Source: Auanema rhodensis (Eukaryota > Animalia > Nematoda). From it: a stretch of DNA of 64,000 nt. Position numbers and translations under genes: made by a program. This document shows positions 39,001 to 53,712 of this stretch, piece by piece (the first letter of the stretch is position 1; each line of letters opens with the position of its first letter). The notes below the pieces were generated by a model that saw only the letters and a list, made by a program, of their open reading frames with translations, did no database searches and had not been told where the DNA came from. Where the stretch lies: positions 16,182,001 to 16,246,000 of the forward strand of contig OZ059900.1 of NCBI GenBank assembly GCA_964057225.1, written 5' to 3'.

Positions 39001-42000
39001 ACATACTAAAATGAAGCATTTTACATGCTGAACACTAGAAAAATACAAAAACACAGTATTTCCCATGAGAAATATTTTATTATGCTGGAAAACCAGTTTT
39101 TGGAAATTTCGCTGTAAACAAGGTTTTGACTTACGATTTCATGTGTTCAAACTCATGCAATGTCAATGAAACCTAGCTCAAAATTGTTTGTACAACGTCT
39201 AGTTCCACTTTCACGACAAAAAAAACAGGGGTTAGAAAATTAAGGAAATTAGTATATTCTGAGGGCACGCCCCTTATGGCTAATATTGATTAAATCGATT
39301 TTTGTTCATATGAGTCGTCAAATGCAACGAATTTCAGCGTGTTACATACTAAAATGAAGCATTTCACATGCTGAACACTAGAAAAATACAAAAACACAGT
39401 ATTTCCCATGAGAAATATTTTATCATGCTGGAAAACCAGTTTTTGGAAATTTCGCTGTAAACAAGGTTTTGACTTACGATTTCATGTGTTCAAACTCATG
39501 CAATGTCAATGAAACCTAGCTCAAAATTGTTTGTACAACGTCTAGTTCCACTTTCACGACAAAAAAACAAGGGTTAGAAAATTAAGGAAATTAGCATATT
39601 CTGAGGGCACGCCCCTTATGGCTAATATTGATTAAATCGATTTTTGTTCATATGAGTCGTCAAATGCAACGAATTTCAGCGTGTTACATACTAAAATGAA
39701 GCATTTTACATGCTGAACACTAGAAAAATACAAAAACACAGTATTTCCCATGAGAAATATTTTATTATGCTGGAAAACCAGTTTTTGGAAATTTCGCTGT
39801 AAACAAGGTTTTGACTTACGATTTCATGTGTTCAAACTCATGCAATGTCAATGAAACCTAGCTCAAAATTGTTCGTACAACGTCTAGTTCCACTTTCACG
39901 ACAAAAAAACAGGGGTTAGAAAATTAAGGAAATTAGTATATTCTGAGGGCACGCCCCTTATGGCTAATATTGATTAAATCGATTTTTGTTCATATGAGTC
40001 GTCAAATGCAACGAATTTCAGCGTGTTACATACTAAAATGAAGCATTTTACATGCTGAACACTAGAAAAAAACAAAAACACAGTATTTCCCATGAGAAAT
40101 ATTTTATTATGCTGGAAAACCAGTTTTTGGAAATTTCGCTGTAAACAAGGTTTTGACTTACGATTTCATGTGTTCAAACTCATGCAATGTCAATGAAACC
40201 TAGCTCAAAATTGTTCGTACAACGTCTAGTTCCACTTTCACGACAAAAAAACAGGGGTTAGAAAATTAAGGAAATTAGCATATTCTGAGGGCACGCCCCT
40301 TATGGCTAATATTGATTAAATCGATTTTTGTTCATATGAGTCGTCAAATGCAACGAATTTCAGCGTGTTACATACTAAAATGAAGCATTTTACATGCTGA
40401 ACACTAGAAAAATACAAAAACACAGTATTTCCCATGAGAAATATTTTATTATGCTGGAAAACCAGTTTTTGGAAATTTCGCTGTAAACAAGGTTTTGACT
40501 TACGATTTCATGTGTTCAAACTCATGCAATGTCAATGAAACCTAGCTCAAAATTGTTTGTACAACGTCTAGTTCCACTTTCACGACAAAAAAACAGGGGT
40601 TAGAAAATTAAGGAAATTAGCATATTCTGAGGGCACGCCCCTTATGGCTAATAATGATTAAATCGATTTTTGTTCATATGAGTCGTCAAATGCAACGAAT
40701 TTCTGCGTGTTACATACTAAAATGAAGCATTTTACATGCTGAACACTAGAAAAAAACAAAAACACAGTATTTCCCATGAGAAATATTTTATTATGCTGGA
40801 AAACCAGTTTTTGGAAATTTCGCTGTAAACAAGGTTTTGACTTACGATTTCATGTGTTCAAACTCATGCAATGTCAATGAAACTTAGCTCAAAATTGTTC
40901 GTACAACGTCTAGTTCCACTTTCACGACAAAAAAACAGGGGTTAGAAAATTAAGGAAATTAGCATATTCTGAGGGCACGCCCCTTATGGCTAATATTGAT
41001 TAAATCGATTTTTGTTCATATGAGTCGTCAAATGCAACGAATTTCAGCGTGTTACATACTAAAATGAAGCATTTTACATGCTGAACACTAGAAAAATACA
41101 AAAACACAGTATTTCCCATGAGAAATATTTTATTATGCTGGAAAACCAGTTTTTGGAAATTTCGCTGTAAACAAGGTTTTGACTTACGATTTCATGTGTT
41201 CAAACTCATGCAATGTCAATGAAACCTAGCTCAAAATTGTTCGTACAACGTCTAGTTCCACTTTCACGACAAAAAAACAGGGGTTAGAAAATTAAGGAAA
41301 TTAGCATATTCTGAGGGCACGCCCCTTATGGCTAATAATGATTAAATCGATTTTTGTTCATATGAGTCGTCAAATGCAACGAATTTCAGCGTGTTACATA
41401 CTAAAATGAAGCATTTTACATGCTGAACACTAGAAAAATACAAAAACACAGTATTTCCCATGAGAAATATTTTATTATGCTGGAAAACCAGTTTTTGGAA
41501 ATTTCGCTGTAAACAAGGTTTTGACTTACGATTTCATGTGTTCAAACTCATGCAATGTCAATGAAACCTAGCTCAAAATTGTTTGTACAACGTCTAGTTC
41601 CACTTTCACGACAAAAAAAACAGGGGTTAGAAAATTAAGGAAATTAGTATATTCTGAGGGCACGCCCCTTATGGCTAATATTGATTAAATCGATTTTTGT
41701 TCATATGAGTCGTCAAATGCAACGAATTTCAGCGTGTTACATACTAAAATGAAGCATTTCACATGCTGAACACTAGAAAAATACAAAAACACAGTATTTC
41801 CCATGAGAAATATTTTATCATGCTGGAAAACCAGTTTTTGGAAATTTCGCTGTAAACAAGGTTTTGACTTACGATTTCATGTGTTCAAACTCATGCAATG
41901 TCAATGAAACCTAGCTCAAAATTGTTTGTACAACGTCTAGTTCCACTTTCACGACAAAAAAACAAGGGTTAGAAAATTAAGGAAATTAGCATATTCTGAG

Positions 42001-45000
42001 GGCACGCCCCTTATGGCTAATATTGATTAAATCGATTTTTGTTCATATGAGTCGTCAAATGCAACGAATTTCAGCGTGTTACATACTAAAATGAAGCATT
42101 TTACATGCTGAACACTAGAAAAATACAAAAACACAGTATTTCCCATGAGAAATATTTTATTATGCTGGAAAACCAGTTTTTGGAAATTTCGCTGTAAACA
42201 AGGTTTTGACTTACGATTTCATGTGTTCAAACTCATGCAATGTCAATGAAACCTAGCTCAAAATTGTTCGTACAACGTCTAGTTCCACTTTCACGACAAA
42301 AAAACAGGGGTTAGAAAATTAAGGAAATTAGTATATTCTGAGGGCACGCCCCTTATGGCTAATATTGATTAAATCGATTTTTGTTCATATGAGTCGTCAA
42401 ATGCAACGAATTTCAGCGTGTTACATACTAAAATGAAGCATTTTACATGCTGAACACTAGAAAAAAACAAAAACACAGTATTTCCCATGAGAAATATTTT
42501 ATTATGCTGGAAAACCAGTTTTTGGAAATTTCGCTGTAAACAAGGTTTTGACTTACGATTTCATGTGTTCAAACTCATGCAATGTCAATGAAACCTAGCT
42601 CAAAATTGTTTGTACAACGTCTAGTTCCACTTTCACGACAAAAAAAACAGGGGTTAGAAAATTAAGGAAATTAGTATATTCTGAGGGCACGCCCCTTATG
42701 GCTAATATTGATTAAATCGATTTTTGTTCATATGAGTCGTCAAATGCAACGAATTTCAGCGTGTTACATACTAAAATGAAGCATTTCACATGCTGAACAC
42801 TAGAAAAATACAAAAACACAGTATTTCCCATGAGAAATATTTTATCATGCTGGAAAACCAGTTTTTGGAAATTTCGCTGTAAACAAGGTTTTGACTTACG
42901 ATTTCATGTGTTCAAACTCATGCAATGTCAATGAAACTTAGCTCAAAATTGTTCGTACAACGTCTAGTTCCACTTTCACGACAAAAAAACAGGGGTTAGA
43001 AAATTAAGGAAATTAGCATATTCTGAGGGCACGCCCCTTATAGCTAATATTGATTAAATCGATTTTTGTTCATATGAGTCGTCAAATGCAACGAATTTCA
43101 GCGTGTTACATACTAAAATGAAGCATTTTACATGCTGAACACTAGAAAAATACAAAAACACAGTATTTCCCATGAGAAATATTTTATTATGCTGGAAAAC
43201 CAGTTTTTGGAAATTTCGCTGTAAACAAGGTTTTGACTTACGATTTCATGTGTTCAAACTCATGCAATGTCAATGAAACCTAGCTCAAAATTGTTCGTAC
43301 AACGTCTAGTTCCACTTTCACGACAAAAAAACAGGGGTTAGAAAATTAAGGAAATTAGCATATTCTGAGGGCACGCCCCTTATGGCTAATATTGATTAAA
43401 TCGATTTTTGTTCATATGAGTCGTCAAATGCAACGAATTTCAGCGTGTTACATACTAAAATGAAGTGTTTTACATGCTGAACACTAGAAAAATACAAAAA
43501 CACAGTATTTCCCATGAGAAATATTTTATTATGCTGGAAAACCAGTTTTTGGAAATTTCGCTGTAAACAAGGTTTTGACTTACGATTTCATGTGTTCAAA
43601 CTCATGCAATGTCAATGAAACTTAGCTCAAAATTGTTCGTACAACGTCTAGTTCCACTTTCACGACAAAAAAACAGGGGTTAGAAAATTAAGGAAATTAG
43701 CATATTCTGAGGGCACGCCCCTTATGGCTAATATTGATTAAATCGATTTTTGTTCATATGAGTCGTCAAATGCAACGAATTTCAGCGTGTTACATACTAA
43801 AATGAAGCATTTTACATGCTGAACACTAGAAAAATACAAAAACACAGTATTTCCCATGAGAAATATTTTATTATGCTGGAAAACCAGATTTTGGAAATTT
43901 CGCTGTAAACAAGGTTTTGACTTACGATTTCATGTGTTCAAACTCATGCAATGTCAATGAAACCTAGCTCAAAATTGTTCGTACAACGTCTAGTTCCACT
44001 TTCACGACAAAAAAACAGGGGTTAGAAAATTAAGGAAATTAGCATATTCTGAGGGCACGCCCCTTATGGCTAATATTGATTAAATCGATTTTTGTTCATA
44101 TGAGTCGTCAAATGCAACGAATTTCAGCGTGTTACATACTAAAATGAAGCATTTTACATGCTGAACACTAGAAAAATACAAAAACACAGTATTTCCCATG
44201 AGAAATATTTTATTATGCTGGAAAACCAGTTTTTGGAAATTTCGCTGTAAACAAGGTTTTGACTTACGATTTCATGTGTTCAAACTCATGCAATGTCAAT
44301 GAAACTTAGCTCAAAATTGTTCGTACAACGTCTAGTTCCACTTTCACGACAAAAAAACAGGGGTTAGAAAATTAAGGAAATTAGCATATTCTGAGGGCAC
44401 GCCCCTTATGGCTAATATTGATTAAATCGATTTTTGTTCATATGAGTCGTCAAATGCAACGAATTTCAGCGTGTTACATACTAAAATGAAGCATTTTACA
44501 TGCTGAACACTAGAAAAATACAAAAACACAGTATTTCCCATGAGAAATATTTTATTATGCTGGAAAACCAGTTTTTGGAAATTTCGCTGTAAACAAGGTT
44601 TTGACTTACGATTTCATGTGTTCAAACTCATGCAATGTCAATGAAACCTAGCTCAAAATTGTTCGTACAACGTCTAGTTCCACTTTCACGACAAAAAAAC
44701 AGGGGTTAGAAAATTAAGGAAATTAGCATATTCTGAGGGCACGCCCCTTATGGCTAATAATGATTAAATCGATTTTTGTTCATATGAGTCGTCAAATGCA
44801 ACGAATTTCAGCGTGTTACATACTAAAATGAAGCATTTTACATGCTGAACACTAGAAAAATACAAAAACACAGTATTTCCCATGAGAAATATTTTATTAT
44901 GCTGGAAAACCAGTTTTTGGAAATTTCGCTGTAAACAAGGTTTTGACTTACGATTTCATGTGTTCAAACTCATGCAATGTCAATGAAACCTAGCTCAAAA

Positions 45001-48000
45001 TTGTTTGTACAACGTCTAGTTCCACTTTCACGACAAAAAAAACAGGGGTTAGAAAATTAAGGAAATTAGTATATTCTGAGGGCACGCCCCTTATGGCTAA
45101 TATTGATTAAATCGATTTTTGTTCATATGAGTCGTCAAATGCAACGAATTTCAGCGTGTTACATACTAAAATGAAGCATTTCACATGCTGAACACTAGAA
45201 AAATACAAAAACACAGTATTTCCCATGAGAAATATTTTATCATGCTGGAAAACCAGTTTTTGGAAATTTCGCTGTAAACAAGGTTTTGACTTACGATTTC
45301 ATGTGTTCAAACTCATGCAATGTCAATGAAACCTAGCTCAAAATTGTTTGTACAACGTCTAGTTCCACTTTCACGACAAAAAAACAAGGGTTAGAAAATT
45401 AAGGAAATTAGCATATTCTGAGGGCACGCCCCTTATGGCTAATATTGATTAAATCGATTTTTGTTCATATGAGTCGTCAAATGCAACGAATTTCAGCGTG
45501 TTACATACTAAAATGAAGCATTTTACATGCTGAACACTAGAAAAATACAAAAACACAGTATTTCCCATGAGAAATATTTTATTATGCTGGAAAACCAGTT
45601 TTTGGAAATTTCGCTGTAAACAAGGTTTTGACTTACGATTTCATGTGTTCAAACTCATGCAATGTCAATGAAACCTAGCTCAAAATTGTTCGTACAACGT
45701 CTAGTTCCACTTTCACGACAAAAAAACAGGGGTTAGAAAATTAAGGAAATTAGTATATTCTGAGGGCACGCCCCTTATGGCTAATATTGATTAAATCGAT
45801 TTTTGTTCATATGAGTCGTCAAATGCAACGAATTTCAGCGTGTTACATACTAAAATGAAGCATTTTACATGCTGAACACTAGAAAAAAACAAAAACACAG
45901 TATTTCCCATGAGAAATATTTTATTATGCTGGAAAACCAGTTTTTGGAAATTTCGCTGTAAACAAGGTTTTGACTTACGATTTCATGTGTTCAAACTCAT
46001 GCAATGTCAATGAAACCTAGCTCAAAATTGTTTGTACAACGTCTAGTTCCACTTTCACGACAAAAAAAACAGGGGTTAGAAAATTAAGGAAATTAGTATA
46101 TTCTGAGGGCACGCCCCTTATGGCTAATATTGATTAAATCGATTTTTGTTCATATGAGTCGTCAAATGCAACGAATTTCAGCGTGTTACATACTAAAATG
46201 AAGCATTTCACATGCTGAACACTAGAAAAATACAAAAACACAGTATTTCCCATGAGAAATATTTTATCATGCTGGAAAACCAGTTTTTGGAAATTTCGCT
46301 GTAAACAAGGTTTTGACTTACGATTTCATGTGTTCAAACTCATGCAATGTCAATGAAACTTAGCTCAAAATTGTTCGTACAACGTCTAGTTCCACTTTCA
46401 CGACAAAAAAACAGGGGTTAGAAAATTAAGGAAATTAGCATATTCTGAGGGCACGCCCCTTATAGCTAATATTGATTAAATCGATTTTTGTTCATATGAG
46501 TCGTCAAATGCAACGAATTTCAGCGTGTTACATACTAAAATGAAGCATTTTACATGCTGAACACTAGAAAAATACAAAAACACAGTATTTCCCATGAGAA
46601 ATATTTTATTATGCTGGAAAACCAGTTTTTGGAAATTTCGCTGTAAACAAGGTTTTGACTTACGATTTCATGTGTTCAAACTCATGCAATGTCAATGAAA
46701 CCTAGCTCAAAATTGTTCGTACAACGTCTAGTTCCACTTTCACGACAAAAAAACAGGGGTTAGAAAATTAAGGAAATTAGCATATTCTGAGGGCACGCCC
46801 CTTATGGCTAATATTGATTAAATCGATTTTTGTTCATATGAGTCGTCAAATGCAACGAATTTCAGCGTGTTACATACTAAAATGAAGCATTTTACATGCT
46901 GAACACTAGAAAAATACAAAAACACAGTATTTCCCATGAGAAATATTTTATTATGCTGGAAAACCAGTTTTTGGAAATTTCGCTGTAAACAAGGTTTTGA
47001 CTTACGATTTCATGTGTTCAAACTCATGCAATGTCAATGAAACCTAGCTCAAAATTGTTCGTACAACGTCTAGTTCCACTTTCACGACAAAAAAACAGGG
47101 GTTAGAAAATTAAGGAAATTAGCATATTCTGAGGGCACGCCCCTTATGGCTAATATTGATTAAATCGATTTTTGTTCATATGAGTCGTCAAATGCAACGA
47201 ATTTCAGCGTGTTACATACTAAAATGAAACATTTTACATGCTGAACACTAGAAAAATACAAAAACACAGTATTTCCCATGAGAAATATTTTATTATGCTG
47301 GAAAACCAGTTTTTGGAAATTTCGCTGTAAACAAGGTTTTGACTTACGATTTCATGTGTTCAAACTCATGCAATGTCAATGAAACCTAGCTCAAAATTGT
47401 TCGTACAACGTCTAGTTCCACTTTCACGACAAAAAAACAGGGGTTAGAAAATTAAGGAAATTAGCATATTCTGAGGGCACGCCCCTTATGGCTAATAATG
47501 ATTAAATCGATTTTTGTTCATATGAGTCGTCAAATGCAACGAATTTCTGCGTGTTACATACTAAAATGAAGCATTTTACATGCTGAACACTAGAAAAAAA
47601 CAAAAACACAGTATTTCCCATGAGAAATATTTTATTATGCTGGAAAACCAGTTTTTGGAAATTTCGCTGTAAACAAGGTTTTGACTTACGATTTCATGTG
47701 TTCAAACTCATGCAATGTCAATGAAACTTAGCTCAAAATTGTTCGTACAACGTCTAGTTCCACTTTCACGACAAAAAAACAGGGGTTAGAAAATTAAGGA
47801 AATTAGCATATTCTGAGGGCACGCCCCTTATGGCTAATATTGATTAAATCGATTTTTGTTCATATGAGTCGTCAAATGCAACGAATTTCAGCGTGTTACA
47901 TACTAAAATGAAGCATTTTACATGCTGAACACTAGAAAAATACAAAAACACAGTATTTCCCATGAGAAATATTTTATTATGCTGGAAAACCAGATTTTGG

Positions 48001-51000
48001 AAATTTCGCTGTAAACAAGGTTTTGACTTACGATTTCATGTGTTCAAACTCATGCAATGTCAATGAAACCTAGCTCAAAATTGTTCGTACAACGTCTAGT
48101 TCCACTTTCACGACAAAAAAACAGGGGTTAGAAAATTAAGGAAATTAGCATATTCTGAGGGCACGCCCCTTATGGCTAATATTGATTAAATCGATTTTTG
48201 TTCATATGAGTCGTCAAATGCAACGAATTTCAGCGTGTTACATACTAAAATGAAGCATTTTACATGCTGAACACTAGAAAAATACAAAAACACAGTATTT
48301 CCCATGAGAAATATTTTATTATGCTGGAAAACCAGTTTTTGGAAATTTCGCTGTAAACAAGGTTTTGACTTACGATTTCATGTGTTCAAACTCATGCAAT
48401 GTCAATGAAACCTAGCTCAAAATTGTTCGTACAACGTCTAGTTCCACTTTCACGACAAAAAAACAGGGGTTAGAAAATTAAGGAAATTAGCATATTCTGA
48501 GGGCACGCCCCTTATGGCTAATATTGATTAAATCGATTTTTGTTCATATGAGTCGTCAAATGCAACGAATTTCAGCGTGTTACATACTAAAATGAAACAT
48601 TTTACATGCTGAACACTAGAAAAATACAAAAACACAGTATTTCCCATGAGAAATATTTTATTATGCTGGAAAACCAGTTTTTGGAAATTTCGCTGTAAAC
48701 AAGGTTTTGACTTACGATTTCATGTGTTCAAACTCATGCAATGTCAATGAAACCTAGCTCAAAATTGTTCGTACAACGTCTAGTTCCACTTTCACGACAA
48801 AAAAACAGGGGTTAGAAAATTAAGGAAATTAGCATATTCTGAGGGCACGCCCCTTATGGCTAATAATGATTAAATCGATTTTTGTTCATATGAGTCGTCA
48901 AATGCAACGAATTTCTGCGTGTTACATACTAAAATGAAGCATTCTACATGCTGAACACTAGAAAAAAACAAAAACACAGTATTTCCCATGAGAAATATTT
49001 TATTATGCTGGAAAACCAGTTTTTGGAAATTTCGCTGTAAACAAGGTTTTGACTTACGATTTCATGTGTTCAAACTCATGCAATGTCAATGAAACTTAGC
49101 TCAAAATTGTTCGTACAACGTCTAGTTCCACTTTCACGACAAAAAAACAGGGGTTAGAAAATTAAGGAAATTAGCATATTCTGAGGGCACGCCCCTTATG
49201 GCTAATATTGATTAAATCGATTTTTGTTCATATGAGTCGTCAAATGCAACGAATTTCAGCGTGTTACATACTAAAATGAAGCATTTTACATGCTGAACAC
49301 TAGAAAAATACAAAAACACAGTATTTCCCATGAGAAATATTTTATTATGCTGGAAAACCAGTTTTTGGAAATTTCGCTGTAAACAAGGTTTTGACTTACG
49401 ATTTCATGTGTTCAAACTCATGCAATGTCAATGAAACCTAGCTCAAAATTGTTCGTACAACGTCTAGTTCCACTTTCACGACAAAAAAACAGGGGTTAGA
49501 AAATTAAGGAAATTAGCATATTCTGAGGGCACGCTCCTTATGGCTAATAATGATTAAATCGATTTTTGTTCATATGAGTCGTCAAATGCAACGAATTTCA
49601 GCGTGTTACATACTAAAATGAAGCATTTTACATGCTGAACACTAGAAAAATACAAAAACACAGTATTTCCCATGAGAAATATTTTATTATGCTGGAAAAC
49701 CAGTTTTTGGAAATTTCGCTGTAAACAAGGTTTAGACTTACGATTTCATGTGTTCAAACTCATGCAATGTCAATGAAACCTAGCTCAAAATTGTTTGTAC
49801 AACGTCTAGTTCCACTTTCACGACAAAAAAAACAGGGGTTAGAAAATTAAGGAAATTAGCATATTCTGAGGGCACGCCCCTTATGGCTAATATTGATTAA
49901 ATCGATTTTTGTTCATATGAGTCGTCAAATGCAACGAATTTCAGCGTGTTACATACTAAAATGAAGCATTTCACATGCTGAACACTAGAAAAATACAAAA
50001 ACACAGTATTTCCCATGAGAAATATTTTATTATGCTGGAAAACCAGTTTTTGGAAATTTCGCTGTAAACAAGGTTTTGACTTACGATTTCATGTGTTCAA
50101 ACTCATGCAATGTCAATGAAACCTAGCTCAAAATTGTTTGTACAACGTCTAGTTCCACTTTCACGACAAAAAAAACAGGGGTTAGAAAATTAAGGAAATT
50201 AGCATATTCTGAGGGCACGCCCCTTATGGCTAATATTGATTAAATCGATTTTTGTTCATATGAGTCGTCAAATGCAACGAATTTCAGCGTGTTACATACT
50301 AAAATGAAGCATTTTACATGCTGAACACTAGAAAAATACAAAAACACAGTATTTCCCATGAGAAATATTTTATTATGCTGGAAAACCAGTTTTTGGAAAT
50401 TTCGCTGTAAACAAGGTTTTGACTTACGATTTCATGTGTTCAAACTCATGCAATGTCAATGAAACCTAGCTCAAAATTGTTCGTACAACGTCTAGTTCCA
50501 CTTTCACGACAAAAAAACAGGGGTTAGAAAATTAAGGAAATTAGCATATTCTGAGGGCACGCCCCTTATGGCTAATATTGATTAAATCGATTTTTGTTCA
50601 TATGAGTCGTCAAATGCAACGAATTTCAGCGTGTTACATACTAAAATGAAGCATTTTACATGCTGAACACTAGAAAAATACAAAAACACAGTATTTCCCA
50701 TGAGAAATATTTTATTATGCTGGAAAACCAGTTTTTGGAAATTTCGCTGTAAACAAGGTTTTGACTTACGATTTCATGTGTTCAAACTCATGCAATGTCA
50801 ATGAAACCTAGCTCAAAATTGTTCGTACAACGTCTAGTTCCACTTTCACGACAAAAAAACAGGGGTTAGAAAATTAAGGAAATTAGCATATTCTGAGGGC
50901 ACGCCCCTTATGGCTAATATTGATTAAATCGATTTTTGTTCATATGAGTCGTCAAATGCAACGAATTTCAGCGTGTTACATACTAAAATGAAACATTTTA

Positions 51001-53712
51001 CATGCTGAACACTAGAAAAATACAAAAACACAGTATTTCCCATGAGAAATATTTTATTATGCTGGAAAACCAGTTTTTGGAAATTTCGCTGTAAACAAGG
51101 TTTTGACTTACGATTTCATGTGTTCAAACTCATGCAATGTCAATGAAACCTAGCTCAAAATTGTTCGTACAACGTCTAGTTCCACTTTCACGACAAAAAA
51201 ACAGGGGTTAGAAAATTAAGGAAATTAGCATATTCTGAGGGCACGCCCCTTATGGCTAATAATGATTAAATCGATTTTTGTTCATATGAGTCGTCAAATG
51301 CAACGAATTACTGCGTGTTACATACTAAAATGAAGCATTTTACATGCTGAACACTAGAAAAAAACAAAAACACAGTATTTCCCATGAGAAATATTTTATT
51401 ATGCTGGAAAACCAGTTTTTGGAAATTTCGCTGTAAACAAGGTTTTGACTTACGATTTCATGTGTTCAAACTCATGCAATGTCAATGAAACTTAGCTCAA
51501 AATTGTTCGTACAACGTCTAGTTCCACTTTCACGACAAAAAAACAGGGGTTAGAAAATTAAGGAAATTAGCATATTCTGAGGGCACGCCCCTTATGGCTA
51601 ATATTGATTAAATCGATTTTTGTTCATATGAGTCGTCAAATGCAACGAATTTCAGCGTGTTACATACTAAAATGAAGCATTTTACATGCTGAACACTAGA
51701 AAAATACAAAAACACAGTATTTCCCATGAGAAATATTTTATTATGCTGGAAAACCAGTTTTTGGAAATTTCGCTGTAAACAAGGTTTTGACTTACGATTT
51801 CATGTGTTCAAACTCATGCAATGTCAATGAAACCTAGCTCAAAATTGTTCGTACAACGTCTAGTTCCACTTTCACGACAAAAAAACAGGGGTTAGAAAAT
51901 TAAGGAAATTAGCATATTCTGAGGGCACGCCCCTTATGGCTAATAATGATTAAATCGATTTTTGTTCATATGAGTCGTCAAATGCAACGAATTTCAGCGT
52001 GTTACATACTAAAATGAAGCATTTTACATGCTGAACACTAGAAAAATACAAAAACACAGTATTTCCCATGAGAAATATTTTATTATGCTGGAAAACCAGT
52101 TTTTGGAAATTTCGCTGTAAACAAGGTTTTGACTTACGATTTCATGTGTTCAAACTCATGCAATGTCAATGAAACCTAGCTCAAAATTGTTTGTACAACG
52201 TCTAGTTCCACTTTCACGACAAAAAAAACAGGGGTTAGAAAATTAAGGAAATTAGTATATTCTGAGGGCACGCCCCTTATGGCTAATATTGATTAAATCG
52301 ATTTTTGTTCATATGAGTCGTCAAATGCAACGAATTTCAGCGTGTTACATACTAAAATGAAGCATTTCACATGCTGAACACTAGAAAAATACAAAAACAC
52401 AGTATTTCCCATGAGAAATATTTTATCATGCTGGAAAACCAGTTTTTGGAAATTTCGCTGTAAACAAGGTTTTGACTTACGATTTCATGTGTTCAAACTC
52501 ATGCAATGTCAATGAAACCTAGCTCAAAATTGTTTGTACAACGTCTAGTTCCACTTTCACGACAAAAAAACAAGGGTTAGAAAATTAAGGAAATTAGCAT
52601 ATTCTGAGGGCACGCCCCTTATGGCTAATATTGATTAAATCGATTTTTGTTCATATGAGTCGTCAAATGCAACGAAATTCAGCGTGTTACATACTAAAAT
52701 GAAGCATTTTACATGCTGAACACTAGAAAAATACAAAAACACAGTATTTCCCATGAGAAATATTTTATTATGCTGGATGGAAAACCAGTTTTTGGAAATT
52801 ACGCTGTAAACAAGGTTTTGACTTACGATTTCATGTGTTCAAACTCATGCAATGTCAATGAAACCTAGCTCAAAATTGTTCGTACAACGTCTAGTTCCAC
52901 TTTCACGACAAAAAAACAGGGGTTAGAAAATTAAGGAAATTAGTATATTCTGAGGGCACGCCCCTTATGGCTAATATTGATTAAATCGATTTTTGTTCAT
53001 ATGAGTCGTCAAATGCAACGAATTTCAGCGTGTTACATACTAAAATGAAGCATTTTACATGCTGAACACTAGAAAAAAACAAAAACACAGTATTTCCCAT
53101 GAGAAATATTTTATTATGCTGGAAAACCAGTTTTTGGAAATTTCGCTGTAAACAAGGTTTTGACTTACGATTTCATGTGTTCAAACTCATGCAATGTCAA
53201 TGAAACCTAGCTCAAAATTGTTTGTACAACGTCTAGTTCCACTTTCACGACCAAAAAAACAGGGGTTAGAAAATTAAGGAAATTAGTATATTCTGAGGGC
53301 ACGCCCCTTATGGCTAATATTGATTAAATCGATTTTTGTTCATATGAGTCGTCAAATGCAACGAATTTCAGCGTGTTACATACTAAAATGAAGCATTTCA
53401 CATGCTGAACACTAGAAAAATACAAAAACACAGTATTTCCCATGAGAAATATTTTATCATGCTGGAAAACCAGTTTTTGGAAATTTCGCTGTAAACAAGG
53501 TTTTGACTTACGATTTCATGTGTTCAAACTCATGCAATGTCAATGAAACCTAGCTCAAAATTGTTTGTACAACGTCTAGTTCCACTTTCACGACAAAAAA
53601 ACAAGGGTTAGAAAATTAAGGAAATTAGCATATTCTGAGGGCACGCCCCTTATGGCTAATATTGATTAAATCGATTTTTGTTCATATGAGTCGTCAAATG
53701 CAACGAATTTCA
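30100..53712 (+). repeat. Domain containing about 5 dispersed copies of a 7-8-monomer cassette
   Basis: The series T292A+A342T | T51A+C180T | T292A | C196T+A8+C259T | T29C+T88C+C196T+G234A | C259T | T51A... begins near 30100, 37968, 40363, 44127 (partial) and 50971. Confidence 0.85.
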
